Source of the DNA: Chromera velia
Lineage: Eukaryota
Assembly (NCBI GenBank): GCA_018398765.1
Contig: JAHBMJ010000385.1
Location: forward strand, 1-49,268
Length of the DNA: 49,268 nucleotides
Direction: 5' to 3'
Numbering within the stretch: position 1 is the stretch's first letter; every line of letters begins with the position of its first letter. Below the pieces are notes generated by a model. It did no database searches, was not told where the DNA came from, and worked only from the letters and a program-made list of their open reading frames with translations. Below, piece after piece: positions 37,971-49,268 of the stretch. Both the position numbers and the translations under genes were made by a program.

Positions 37971-39414
37971 ACGCCTGACTGACTGGCTAAGTGACTGACT
38001 GACTGACTGACTCACTGGCTGACTGAGTGAGTGGCTGACTGACTGCCTGACTGACTGGCTGGCTGAGTGGCTGACCGACTGGCTGAGTGGCTGACTGACC
38101 AGGTGACTGACTGGTGGACTGACTAGCTGACTGACTGGTAGACTGACTGGCTAACTGACTGGCTGATATCTTAAACCCCCCACCAGGCACCTGCAGGCAG
38201 AAGGTGAAAATGTGCAGAGATGCTGATGCTACTCTCGATCCAGACGGACTGGGCCATTTATTTTGGGCCTGTTCATTCTTGTCCTTGCATAATTTGTTAG
38301 GAGTAATGTTAGCAATGGCTGCTAGCAATGGCAGCCAGCTAGGAGTAATGCAGGCAGGGAGGCACAGAGGAAGGGAGGAAGGGAGGGAGGGTGACAGGCA
38401 GGCAAACAAGCAAGTCAGCAAATAAACAAAAAGATAAGCAAACATACATACGTAGAGTAGATACATAGACAGGCGGACTGACCAACTGACAGACAGTGAG
38501 GTGGGCAGGCATACGGAGGCGGATTTGGCCTTCTCGGCGTCCTTCCGGCCTTACCTCTTGATCCATGCACGCGCATGGTCGAGAACAGCACAAAGTGGGG
38601 ATCATTTTTGAGGCCAAAGACTCTTGGTTCTCACTATGAGGGAAGTTTTACGGTCCAGAATTTCAGTTGAAGCTGCATGTACGAGGTGAAGAAGGTCTAT
38701 TTATGGAAATATGTATGTACGACCCAAACATGTACAAGCATCAAAGAAGATAGTGACCGATCTACATACTCACCGTTTATCAAAAACTCTTCGTGACTAC
38801 TCATAACTTTTCTTTACCTCATCCCCTTTCTTTCTATTTGTCGGTTTCAAATTGCGTATTCGAGCGTGTTTGCCGTGGAGTCAACTCAAGGTTCGTATGG
38901 TGACCCTCGACTTCCATGCGTTGGGATTTACGGATGAACGGGCTGCGCAGGTGCTGGCGAAGCAAGCGAGAAGACAATGACAGCGGAAGCAGAATGGATG
39001 CTCGATTGGATGTTGAGCTTAATTATCCAGGTTAGTTTTCCATACATCTTAAAGATGTATGTAGATATATGTTTATGTATATGCAGTGATGAAAGTCAGT
39101 CACATACACGCATGTAACGAATCTTCCACTAAAGAAAATCGACTTTGCATCATGAAAGGTCCCTTAACGTGGTGGTGGTGGCGGCGGGTCGGTCAACTAC
39201 CCTGACGTACGTTCAAATAGGGGGGTGGTGGTGGTAAAGGGTCAGTCAGGAAGGGATATGCACGGTATCCTTCTCCGTACCGATGTCAGGGGCGATTGCG
39301 GCTCTACAGGGGGGGGAGGTAGGTCGGAACTGGATCTGCATGGCCGCGCGAAGACCAAAAGAAGGAGGTCGGTCTTTTTGTTCCTTGGTTCTTTTCTGCA
39401 GAAAAGAAACTCGA

Positions 39415-39630
39415 TCGTTAATTAAGACTGCACGGCCAGCGGACTCTTAATTTAATTTCGCGATCGCGGGCCGGAGAGCCGCGCGGGGAGCCGCATGCAT
39501 GCGGGGCGCGCCGGCATGCATGCAGGCCGGCGGCCGCCGAGCTGAAGGCGTCATATGCGGATCGAGGGGAGGCCGCCCACTCAGTAGAGCAATCATTGTC
39601 GAGCATAATCGAGGACGACCTGCATGCAGA
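39415..39630 (+). promoter_or_regulatory. Putative promoter of the PCS gene: AT tract, GC/CpG box, GCATGCATGC / TGCATGCA motifs
   Basis: GCATGCATGC at ~39493 and ~39514, TGCATGCA at 39621, all 170-300 bp upstream of the ATG. TGCATGCA is a known ApiAP2 binding motif in apicomplexans. Confidence 0.45.
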
Positions 39631-39791
39631 TCAGATCAGGCAGGGGATCTCCTGATCGAGACCTGAGACAATTTGGCACAGCAATGACAGCATCTGCAAG
39701 CAACTATGGATGCAATGTCTTGATCAAAATCTTCCAATCGCTGTGTTGAAAAGTCTCAAGCGCGCCAGACTGAACGAGTAACTGTCCAACA

Positions 39792-42188
39792 ATGCAACTT
39801 GCTCACTCTTTCTATAAGAGGATCCTTCCTAGGTCTTGTGTTCCCTTTGCAAGTAAGGATGGAAAGACGTTCTTCAAGGAAGCGTTGGAGGACGGTTGTA
39901 TGGAGTCTTACTTTGGACTTGCCGAGCAGTTTCGTACTCAGGATGAGCCTGCCTTTTGTGGTTTGACCACACTAGTGATGATCCTGAATGCTCTCCAAGT
40001 GGACCCCTTCAGAACATGGAAGGGTCCATGGCGGTTCTATCATGAGGAGATGTTGGACTGCTGCGTGAAGCTGGAGGAGATCAAGAACGTCGGCATCACT
40101 TTTGAGGAGTTTGCTTGTCTGGCCAGGTGCAACGGTGTGAACTTGAGAGAGTGGAGAGTACAGCCTGAGGCGTCAGAGGAAGCAAAGATGCAGGCACTCA
40201 ATGCTTTCCGTCAGACGCTCGAGTACTCCTGTAGGAACCCTGCAGAAACAGGGTTCTTGGTAGCGTCCTATAGCCGCAAGGGCTTGGGACAGACAGGAGA
40301 CGGGCACTTCTCTCCTATCGGTGGGTACCACCGGCAGTCCGACAAGGCTCTGGTGATGGACGTCGCCAGATTCAAGTACCCCCCCCACTGGGTAGATGTG
40401 CCTGTTCTGTTTGAGGCCATGGCACTCACAGACGTCGTCACGAAGAGATCTAGGGGGTACATGCTCATATCTCATGTAGAGAAGAAGGCAGGGGCCGCAG
40501 TCGTCCCCCCCCCCTCAGACACCCTCAGTGCCGCCTCTGTAGCCCAAACATTCTCCCGCACCTCACAGCAGAACGACAAAGCCACACGCGACTCCGAAGG
40601 ATACAGAAGGTCCCTGTCAGCTGAGGGTGCAGGGGCCTCTAGAGAGAGAGAAGGCTTCCTCTCTCAAGAGAGATGGGGTAACCGATCATGCTCCAGTCCC
40701 CTCACAGCCTCTGCTCTGACCCTATTCCGTCTAGAGTTCCCCCCCCGCTCCGCTGCCAGTTGGATGTTCAGGTCCTTTGTCGACAAATTCAAAGAAGCCG
40801 CAGACAATGTGGCGATCGAACAAAACATACCCGACCTGGCTGCCAAACCCCAATGCACCACATGTGGGGACACCAAATCAACCCCCCCCTGCGGGTTTTC
40901 TGCTGCCCCCTCTGTTTCCTCCTCAAGTACACTGGGAGAGGATACAGACGCCCAGAAAGTTCGTCAGTCTCTATTGACGGGTGCCTTCACGGCATTCCTG
41001 CGGGCTCTCCGACAGACGCCCCCAATGCTCTCCCTGGTCACAACCGCAGGTGCGCTTCAGGCGCTATCACTCCACACAGTGACTGTGACAGTTGATGATG
41101 ACGGAGGGGCAGAGGAGGAGACGGAGGCAGAGAACGGGGATGCTTTCCCGCATTCTTCCGCCTCTCCTTCGGCTGCAGGGGAAGAGGGGGCAAGGGAGCT
41201 TAGGCGAGTTGCCGTCACATCCGATACATCTCCCTCCTCTTCTGCGTCTCCCGCCCTGCACGCGGAAGCCGTTTCCGCCTCAGGCAGTGCACGTCTGGTG
41301 TGCGACAAGCCCCGTCCCCACATTCACTCTCCCGATGCTTGCTTCTCCCTGAAAGTTGCAAAAGGGGTGGATGACGTCATCAAACCTCATCTTTCTCGTC
41401 TCTCGTTCCTCCTCCGAACCTCCCCCTTTGCTCCCCGCACGATTCAGGACATGCAACACCGCCCCGCCGTTGCCGGTCAGCAGACCCCCTCCTCCCCTTC
41501 CCACACCGCCGCCGTCGAGACTCTCCCGTGGGAGATGGCTGCCTCTCTCGAGGACCGGGAGAGGGCCCTGCGGTGTCTGGAGGCTCTGGAGAGCACCCCC
41601 CTGTATGGGGAGTTGAAGAGAAGGTGTCTGGAAGAGGGCCTCGACGCATTCTGGGTCGAGACTGTCCTAGAGCACCAACAGCAACAGCAGCAGCAAGGGG
41701 GTGGGGAGAAAACAAGTGCAAGAGAGAAAGAAAGGACCAGCCTCCGGCCAGCGTATGCGCAGGTGCGGGGTAGCAGTGCGAGTGGAAGATCCACCCGTGC
41801 AAGGTCCGTTCCCTCCATTCCCGTCGCCTCTACTGTCGCAGCACCGTCTCCATCAGGCGGTGCGGGGGCAGGAGAAGCCCCGCTGCTTGAGAGCGATGCA
41901 GCGAGAGAAGTGACCCCCTTCCACGCCTGGGTCGTTCTTTTCCTCGCGCTTCCGAACTCGGTCTTGGCCAAGAGCGTCTCAGTGGCTGCTGTTCGGGAAA
42001 TTCGGAGAGCTCTTCTTGCGAGGGGGGGAGAGGGTCGATCAGGCGGCCTCGATATGTCGGGGGGGGCGGCTGACTTTATGCACGAGGTGAAGACGTTAAG
42101 GGGAATACTGGAGCACTTGGTGCTCTTCGAGGCCCCTCAGTGTGTGCAGAATCTAGAGGAGACCGATGAGGCTCAGATCCTGCAATAG
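39792..42188 (+). CDS. PCS: Phytochelatin synthase (glutathione gamma-glutamylcysteinyltransferase), 798 aa, single exon
   Basis: The N-terminal domain has the full Cys-His-Asp triad: EQFRTQDEPAFCGLTTLVMILNAL, KGPWRFYHEEMLDCC, GQTGDGHFSPIGGY, VMDVARFKYPPHWV. It is followed by a long low-complexity C-terminal extension. Confidence 0.95.
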   Translation: MQLAHSFYKRILPRSCVPFASKDGKTFFKEALEDGCMESYFGLAEQFRTQDEPAFCGLTTLVMILNALQVDPFRTWKGPWRFYHEEMLDCCVKLEEIKNVGITFEEFACLARCNGVNLREWRVQPEASEEAKMQALNAFRQTLEYSCRNPAETGFLVASYSRKGLGQTGDGHFSPIGGYHRQSDKALVMDVARFKYPPHWVDVPVLFEAMALTDVVTKRSRGYMLISHVEKKAGAAVVPPPSDTLSAASVAQTFSRTSQQNDKATRDSEGYRRSLSAEGAGASREREGFLSQERWGNRSCSSPLTASALTLFRLEFPPRSAASWMFRSFVDKFKEAADNVAIEQNIPDLAAKPQCTTCGDTKSTPPCGFSAAPSVSSSSTLGEDTDAQKVRQSLLTGAFTAFLRALRQTPPMLSLVTTAGALQALSLHTVTVTVDDDGGAEEETEAENGDAFPHSSASPSAAGEEGARELRRVAVTSDTSPSSSASPALHAEAVSASGSARLVCDKPRPHIHSPDACFSLKVAKGVDDVIKPHLSRLSFLLRTSPFAPRTIQDMQHRPAVAGQQTPSSPSHTAAVETLPWEMAASLEDRERALRCLEALESTPLYGELKRRCLEEGLDAFWVETVLEHQQQQQQQGGGEKTSAREKERTSLRPAYAQVRGSSASGRSTRARSVPSIPVASTVAAPSPSGGAGAGEAPLLESDAAREVTPFHAWVVLFLALPNSVLAKSVSVAAVREIRRALLARGGEGRSGGLDMSGGAADFMHEVKTLRGILEHLVLFEAPQCVQNLEETDEAQILQ

Positions 42189-42922
42189 CCTAGCACTGCG
42201 TGTTGTGGAGTTGAGGCTTCGAATTAAACTCTCACATCTAGTCCTGTGTGCAAAACATGCAAACAAGAAGGAATGAAATAATTTTTTTCATGCTTATATA
42301 AATTATAAGTTAGTTTTTGTGAGAGTAAACGCATGCATCCAAGCGTGCGTCAGGTGGGTACTGAGCGTTCTGCGAGTGCGCCAGCCATCTGCGCGAGTGA
42401 AGAGTACTGCGAGCGGCGTGATCGCATGTTTGAGTGTATTAGCGTCTGACTCCGTGATCGAACAGTAAGGCTGTACGAAGGCTCGGTCTGCTTAGTTGGT
42501 TCATGATAGAGAGCATCCTCAGATGGCAGTCTGATCAGTCTGTGTGTCACGTTTAGAGCGTCGAGGTCCCGTGCATTGGATCGAACGCGTGGTCTTCGTT
42601 TAAGTGAATTCTAGATTGACGTCTCCTTGAATTTCTCTGTCGTTACTGAATGGATTTTCTTATCTGGACTGAGGACTGCGACCCGGTAGGTCAGACTTCC
42701 CATTTAGCTGTTTGAGCGTTACCCGTTTTCGTTACCTGACTGTTCTAGTCTGTTCTAGGTAACGTTTACCGTCACAAATTTGCTGTTCCCAGGCGTGGGC
42801 AGTTCATTTTTTCCCTTGATCTATATTGATCTGTCTCGTGATTCCTCTTCTGTTTTTTTGCTGTTCTTGCCAACATATCTGTTGGTAGTGCAGGCGGTGC
42901 TCCAGGCATACAGACGATCAAG

Positions 42923-45900
42923 TTGCCTGATCTGCACTGGGTTAATCTTTTCGAGTGCAAGGTCTCGTTTGCGATCGTTCTGTCATCCAAGGATAAGAAC
43001 CTCAAGGCCATCTTCCGGAAGGAGTTTCGGCTCTGGAAGGAATTGCACAAGGCAACTGCAGAGTACATGCTGGCCGCCAAACACGTTCCGGATAAGGCGG
43101 ACCAGGTGTCCCTTTGGAAGCTTTCCCTCCTCCGGGGTCTGAGGAAAGACCCTGACCTTGTTCATGAGGTTTCTGTTGCTGTGGGAGAAGGGAAGGAATG
43201 TGCCGATCTCTTGGAAGCCGTTTCTGACGTAGCTACCGAGAAGAAGGAGATCGGTGTAAAGTCCTCTCGGGAGAAGCTCCTTGCTCAGAGTCTCTGAAGG
43301 AATTTGGGGAAGGAGGATATTGTGTCTGCTGTCGGTCGTCTGAAGAAGTGCCTCCGAGATGGAGGCAAGGCAGGTTACACTGCGTCCAACGACCTCAAGA
43401 AGAGGGCCCTTGAGAATATACTCACCAAGTTTGAATACACTAATGCCTCGGAGAAAGCCACCGAGAAGCATGACAAGAAGATCGCTGCGCTGACGTACGA
43501 CGAGATTCTTCCTTTCGTTGAGAAGAAGGTAGAGGCGACAGAGTTGCTTGCAGTGAAAGTTGCCATCGAGGGGCAAAGTTCCCGTTCCTCCTCTTTCCGT
43601 CCCCATCATGAGTACGGGGCAGCTGCCTCAGGTTTGCATGGGGGGTCTGGAAAAGGGAAAAGGGGGAAGGAGAAGAAAGGAAAGAAGAGGGAGACATCGT
43701 TTCAGTCTTCAGGAGACAGAGAAGGAAATGCAGGTGCCACTGCTGCTTCCAGTCAGGGCGGCTTGAGTTCATCCTCCCGCCCCTGTCCCAACTGCGGGCA
43801 CCTGAAGCACTACGACAAGGCAAAGGGTTGCCCCGCCAAGAATGTCAAGTGCTCTATCCCCAGATACAATCAGACGGGGCATTATACCAAGTGCTGTCCG
43901 CTGAAGAAACAGAAGCAGCAGCAGGCAGCAGCTGCAGGGATGAGGGTGCAGAAAGGGACCATGTTGAACTTCGAGCTCCGTGAGGTTCCCTAAGGGACTT
44001 TCACGGACGAGGATTTTTAAATGGCCCCTGAGCCGCCCCCCCCCAGTTCCAGTCCAGCCACTGGGGAGGGGCAAGGGCCAGTGAGAAGGCTGGCAGTGGG
44101 TGTTTTATGAGGGCAACCTTGCGGAATGCTGAGAAGAGGAGGTGGGAGTTTGGCGGGGAAACGGATGAAGTGAGAGTCGTTACATCTGTTGAGTCTTTTG
44201 TCGGTGTGACGGGGGAAGACGATGGAGAGATGATTGCCGATTCCGGGGCCTCGAAGAGTCTCGTTCCCCCCTCGTTTGACAGGTATGTTGTTTCGTATGT
44301 TGACCAGGCTGTCTCGTTTTGTCTCGCCTCTGATGCTGCCCCACTCTCTGTGAGAGGGGTCAAGACATTTCACCTTCTGTTTATCGATGAATAGGGTGGA
44401 CCAGGTGTGCGCATCGTTTCTGAGGAAGGGTGTAGTCATAAGTTAATTGGTTGTCCGTTGTTTGCTTGTAGGAGAAAAAAGTTGTCTTTCCCAGGAGAGG
44501 AGGGTTCCTCTGAACCTGGGTGGGTCTGGTTGAAGGATGTATATGGGGAAAGGTTTCGTTCTCCTGTTGATCAGACGGGCAATGTTCCAATTCTCCGTCT
44601 TACGAAGGTTGAGGAAGCGGTTGTTGCTGCCAACGTTTATCCTTCTGTTTCTCTCTGTCCCCTTCAACAGTCTGCTCTCTCAGGACAGGCAGAGATTTCT
44701 CCTGAGAACAGATCGTACCTTTTGTTTGTCCTTCACTCCCGTCTCGGTCATGTGACTGGGCAGCGTTTGGAGGCCACATTGAAGGAGAAGGGGGTGGGGG
44801 TACAATTTTCTGCGAAAGAGTGTAAAGAGGTGAGAGACACGTACAAGGCGTATCGTATTATAAACTTTCGGAGGAGAAAGTTGAAGAAAAGAGGTGCAGC
44901 AGCGGGGACGCGAAAGCGTTCTCGCAAAGGGGATGAGTCTTCTGTTCATGAGGATGATGAGGAGAAAGAGCCAGAGCCTGCAGGTCTGGGGGGGCAGTTC
45001 AACGCCGACATCTACCACAACGTGAAGGATATGAAGAGAAAGAGGATCGGGGGGTTTCGTTACGTATCTGTCATTGTTGATTTGCAGACGCAAAGGAAAT
45101 CGTTGTGGGCGCTGCGGTCGAAAGATCATGCAGTGCGTCACTTGATCTCCTGGACTCGTCAGTAGGAGAAAGCCGGCAAGGGGAAGCTAAAGGTTGTACA
45201 CTCAGACAACGAAGGCGAGTTCATTTCTGATCTCTACCTCTCGTTTTGTTCGTCAGTTGAGGGAGGGGGGATTGTAACTCAGTTCGGTCTTCCTTTCACT
45301 CCCGAAGTGCAGGCATTTGTTGAGAGAGTGAATGATGATTTCTTTTCTCTTTTGAATAAAGTTCTTTTTCAGCGTTTTCTTCCCTTTTATCTCTGGCTTG
45401 TCTTCATTCCTGGAATTGCCAATTCTCTGAATGAGGTTATTCATGGCTCGACTGGCCTTTCCCTGAATTGTGCCTTTTTTTGTGTACGTTTGGGGGTGCC
45501 CCCTATTGCCCTGGGGGATGTTGTTCGCTTGTCCGATCCCTCTCACCGTCAGCGTTTCGTTGCTGGTAGTCCTGTTGAAAAGAGTGAGAAAGCTCTTTTT
45601 GGGGGGGTGATCAGTCCGCAGTCCGTCTCTGTGTTGATTTGGAGAGGAAGACAATGGAGGCCTCTTCGCGTTTACCCCAGCCATATTCAGATAGAGTCGT
45701 GGTTAGGGGTGGAGCATATTGATTTTGATGAAGATGGCAGAAGCGATGTGGTTGCAGAGAGGGAGACAGATTCCGTTGTGGGGAGAGGATCCGTTTGGGT
45801 TAGTTGGAGAGAAGAAGACAACCGGTCAGATGCAGATAATACAGAGACTGGGGGTGAAGCGTCTGATAAGGACGTTTCTTATCCGGTCCGTCAGCTCTCT

Positions 45901-47597
45901 CGTTCTCCCCAAGGCGTTTGCGTGCCTCGTTTGCAGGGTGTTCTTGCCCGATGGTCAGATAGGGCCCTGTTTCCAGGGCAGATTGTGAGGGAGGGGGAAA
46001 AGCAAGTGAGGAGCATCACAGCAGTACGGTTGAAGCAGAGGGATGATAGAAGTTTTTTTCTTGCCGAGCTGGAGACAGTAAAGCAGAAAGACATTGTGGA
46101 GCGGTTTGAACTCCCCACTGATGGACAGCTTCCGCTTACTGTGCTTAACAGACTTGCTGAGCAGGCACCTCCTGTGCCTGATCCTGTCCCCCCTGTCCCT
46201 TCAGACGAAGTCCCAGTAGACGTTGATATCATTGCCGACCAGGCAGCCGAGGAAGCAAATACCGCCGAGTTCCTTCGGTGGTCTGAGATGTCCAAATCTC
46301 AGAGGAGGAATCAGATCTGTGAGCACAGAAGGCAAAGGAGAGAGATAAAGGAAGCACGGATTGCAAAAGCCCTCGACACGTACTTTGAGATTATGTGTGC
46401 GGTGATGAAACTTTAAGGTGAGAGGGCGCGCAAGTTGCTAGCGAGAGAGAACGATACGAAGGGGGATATTCTTGCCACCGAGGAAGAGATTGCACAGGGT
46501 CTCTTCAAAGAGTCTGATCGAAAGGAACTCGCTCGTTGGTGTCTTTGTTCTGTATTTGATCTCTCTATACAGACACTGCAGATGGAGAAGGGGGTCAAGG
46601 CGATTACCCTTCGGTGGGTGAGGACTTGGAAGTTAAAGGAGGGAAAGAGGGTTGCAAAGTCTCGTCTCGTAGTGAGAGGGTTCCAAGACTCTCATGATTA
46701 GTCGGTGTTTGAGACCTACTCTGGCCTAGCAGACGCAAGTCTGGCTAGAGTTGCCTTCCTCTGGGCTGTCTCAAAAGGTCTGCGAAGGTCTGCAGGCAGC
46801 CAAAATGGACGTGTCAACTGCGGTCCTGCAGGCACCCATGAAAGACGTAGTGTGGCTGCGCCTTCCGTCCAACCTCCCTGTAGAAGTCTATCCCAGCCTC
46901 CGTGCTGGCGTCTTTGTTCGCATTCAAAGGGCTGTTTACGGCCAGAAGGATGCCCCAAAGGTCTACACGAGTTAGTTCAAGAAGAAGGTGAGCAGCCTGG
47001 GGTAGACTGAGATTGCTGAGTCGATTTTGGTCAGAAAGAACAAGAAGGGTGAGATCGTTGCTTTGCTTGTTATGCATGTTGATGATCTCTTCATTTTTTT
47101 CCTTCTGTTGACGAAGACGTGAAGCAAATCCAGGAGCTTTTTGACACAGACTAGCCAGAGAGAATGGACAATGGAGAGCTTTATTCTTATGTGGGGATGT
47201 CCATTTGGATGCGTCCTAGTGAGATGTTGCTTGACCAGTCCACGTATATTAAGGGAATGGTGAAGGGAGTGAGTGAAGAGGCAAAGAAGCCCTTGACTGA
47301 GAAAGATCTCCTGTTACCTGAGACTGCAGAGACTGACATGTCCTTGCAGGAACAGCAGCAGAAGAATGTGGGGTGTTTGGGGTGGGCTGTTAAGACCCAA
47401 CCTTCTCTTTCCTTCCTGTTTTCCTACCTTTCCCGCTTCAATTCCCGTCCGTCTCGTGAGTCTGTTCTTGCAAGTGAGAAGGCTCTCTGGCATACATTCA
47501 AGACTTCCCGTTCTCTGTCTCTTCGTTCTGTTCTCTCTCTTTCAGTTCTGTTGGTGTGGGGGGATGCGTTTCATCAATTGCACAAGAAAAAGGGTAG
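42923..47597 (+). mobile_element. Degenerate Ty1/Copia retrotransposon (gag-PR-INT-RT, RNase H cut by a foldback insertion)
   Basis: Gag Zn knuckles CPNCGHLKH..C and CSIPRYNQTGHYTKC; protease IADSGAS; LHSRLGH pre-integrase motif; integrase [73 protein letters not shown]; RNase H start LVWGDA. Many stops and frameshifts. Confidence 0.92.
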
Positions 47598-49268
47598 AAC
47601 AGAGTGGACTCTAAAGTAGGACTTAGTGGAATCTAAAGTGACTTTTAAATTTACTATATTCTAGCTTCATTATAAAGTAAAACTAGGTTACTTGAAGCAA
47701 TCTAGAGCCTTTTAAAGCATTTGAAATCGTTACTCCTGTGCGAATCTGCTCAAATATGCTCAAAAGACTGGTTGATTAGCTAGGGTGTATAGTGGGAAAA
47801 ATTATGATCACCACGGCACATAAAAGTTAGTGAATGTTACCTGCAAAGAAATACACAGGCACAACACTAATGGATACGCTTAAAAGCAACGTTTAGCGCC
47901 GCTAATCAACTATAAAGAATTGTTTCTTCTGCAAGGGAAACAGTACAGGAAGGAGGGCTTCATAGCTAGGCTGGTTAGACCGGACAGGAGGCGGTCAGCA
48001 GGGGTCGGAGAGAACAGAGCACAGAGACAATATAATTCTTTTTACAAAGAACTCACACTACATGGTGCAAAAGCTTGTAAATCGTTCTGCGTGTATCAAT
48101 GAAAAATTGTGAAAGAGAAGGACAGGTCCGTAGGTAGATCCAGATATTTAGAGGGAGACCAGTACGGAGTGCCACAAATGAGAAAGGATGAACGAGTAAG
48201 GAGCACTTGCATCAGGATAGTACGGACCGCTTTCAAGGACTGACACACATGGAGCAAGTGGAAGACATTCAAATGCATCAAAGCTGAGCAATTGTTCTGG
48301 GTGGAAAAATGTCTGGCAGGACTGAGAGCTGTGCAAAGCTTCAGAAGAGGCAGTCAAAAAATGGAGGCTCCAGCAGACTCTCCATCGACCCTCTCTCAGT
48401 GACCTCCCTTGTACGTTTCTATTAAGCTCCTAGCAGACCAAAGAAGCTAAATGTTAAGCAAATCATCATACAAAGTAAGAGAGCGAGCCGCGCTTCCTTA
48501 ACTGCCCTGCAGGTGTCCTCAAGTCTCCGTCCACCAACACCTGCAAACACGGAGGGATAGGCATTCATGCTTTGTGCAGTCAAGGAAGCACTTCTGTCTA
48601 GCTTATTCTGCATACACAAGGTTCCAAGGAAAAGACCAAGAGCCTAAGAAGCAGCAGGTCTGGATAGGCTAACCTGGGGGTTGACCCCGGGGCTCCCAAG
48701 ACTGTGACCTGCAAGGAAAGAGTAAGGAGAGCGATGAGGGCAACAGTACTTTAACACCTAGATAAGGCCGGCAGCCCTTCCTCACTTGAACAAGAGGAGC
48801 AGCAGCAAGTAAAAAGACGTTGAAAATAAGACTAAGACGGCTGGTGTCCACTGGACCCACCTCCAAGCTCCACTTCGTGCCGACCGAAGATGTCCCAGCC
48901 ACACCCGTCTCCTCCAGAGCCCCGAAAGTACACTCCCAAAAAAAAAGTCAAAACCGAGAAAACGCTCTGTCAGACATCTTCTAAGACCATCAGAAGACAT
49001 CTGACAGAGCGCTTTTTGTGATAACATTTCTGTGGGAAAAGTCCGTTTGCTCAGAGGTTCAGGACTCTGCAGTTTTGAACCTGTGGACCTTTAAGATGGA
49101 CAAGAGACTTCAGACCCGATTATTGGCCGACAGAGGCAAAGTCGGCTACGTGCATCGAAGGAACAGGGTGCCGCCACCCCCTCTGGCCCCGTGGCGGCGC
49201 CTCCCGGACCCACGATTAGCCCATGTCTGGACCTGGCGGCGGGGGGGTTTGACCCCCCTTGCCCAAGG
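47598..49268 (-). mobile_element. Second copy of the foldback element (opposite orientation, runs off window end)
   Basis: Starts AACAGAGTGGACTCTAAAGTAGGACTTAGT at 47598. It aligns to the reverse complement of 14953 back to ~13285, covering one arm and most of the spacer. It interrupts the Copia RNase H codons. Confidence 0.93.

Noticed and set aside
42201..42370. 5' LTR and primer-binding site of Copia-2
   Set aside because: A TG..CA segment followed by GGTGGGTACTGAGC is suggestive, but it does not match a tRNA end I can verify and no second LTR is visible.

Overview
Eukaryotic, intron-rich, repeat-dense genomic DNA. The microsatellite-filled GT-AG introns, TGCATGCA promoter motifs and low-complexity proteins suggest a chromerid alveolate such as Chromera; this is an inference. 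Host genes are an EB1-family microtubule end-binding gene (5 exons, +), a hypothetical membrane protein gene (5 exons, -), an FkbM-like methyltransferase (-) and an intronless phytochelatin synthase (+). Mobile DNA dominates the rest: two decayed Ty1/Copia polyproteins, three small TIR elements with perfect 8-bp TSDs, a solo LTR, and two copies of a 3.1-kb foldback element with ~1.35-kb inverted arms and a hairpin-packed core. The most notable observations are: (1) the foldback family, whose core holds two inverted 11-6-11 palindromic sites; (2) almost transition-only (C>T/G>A) decay of repeats, resembling RIP; (3) a Tudor-like domain after the integrase in the Copia elements; (4) a 10x59-bp tandem amplification of the EB1 intron3/exon4 junction.
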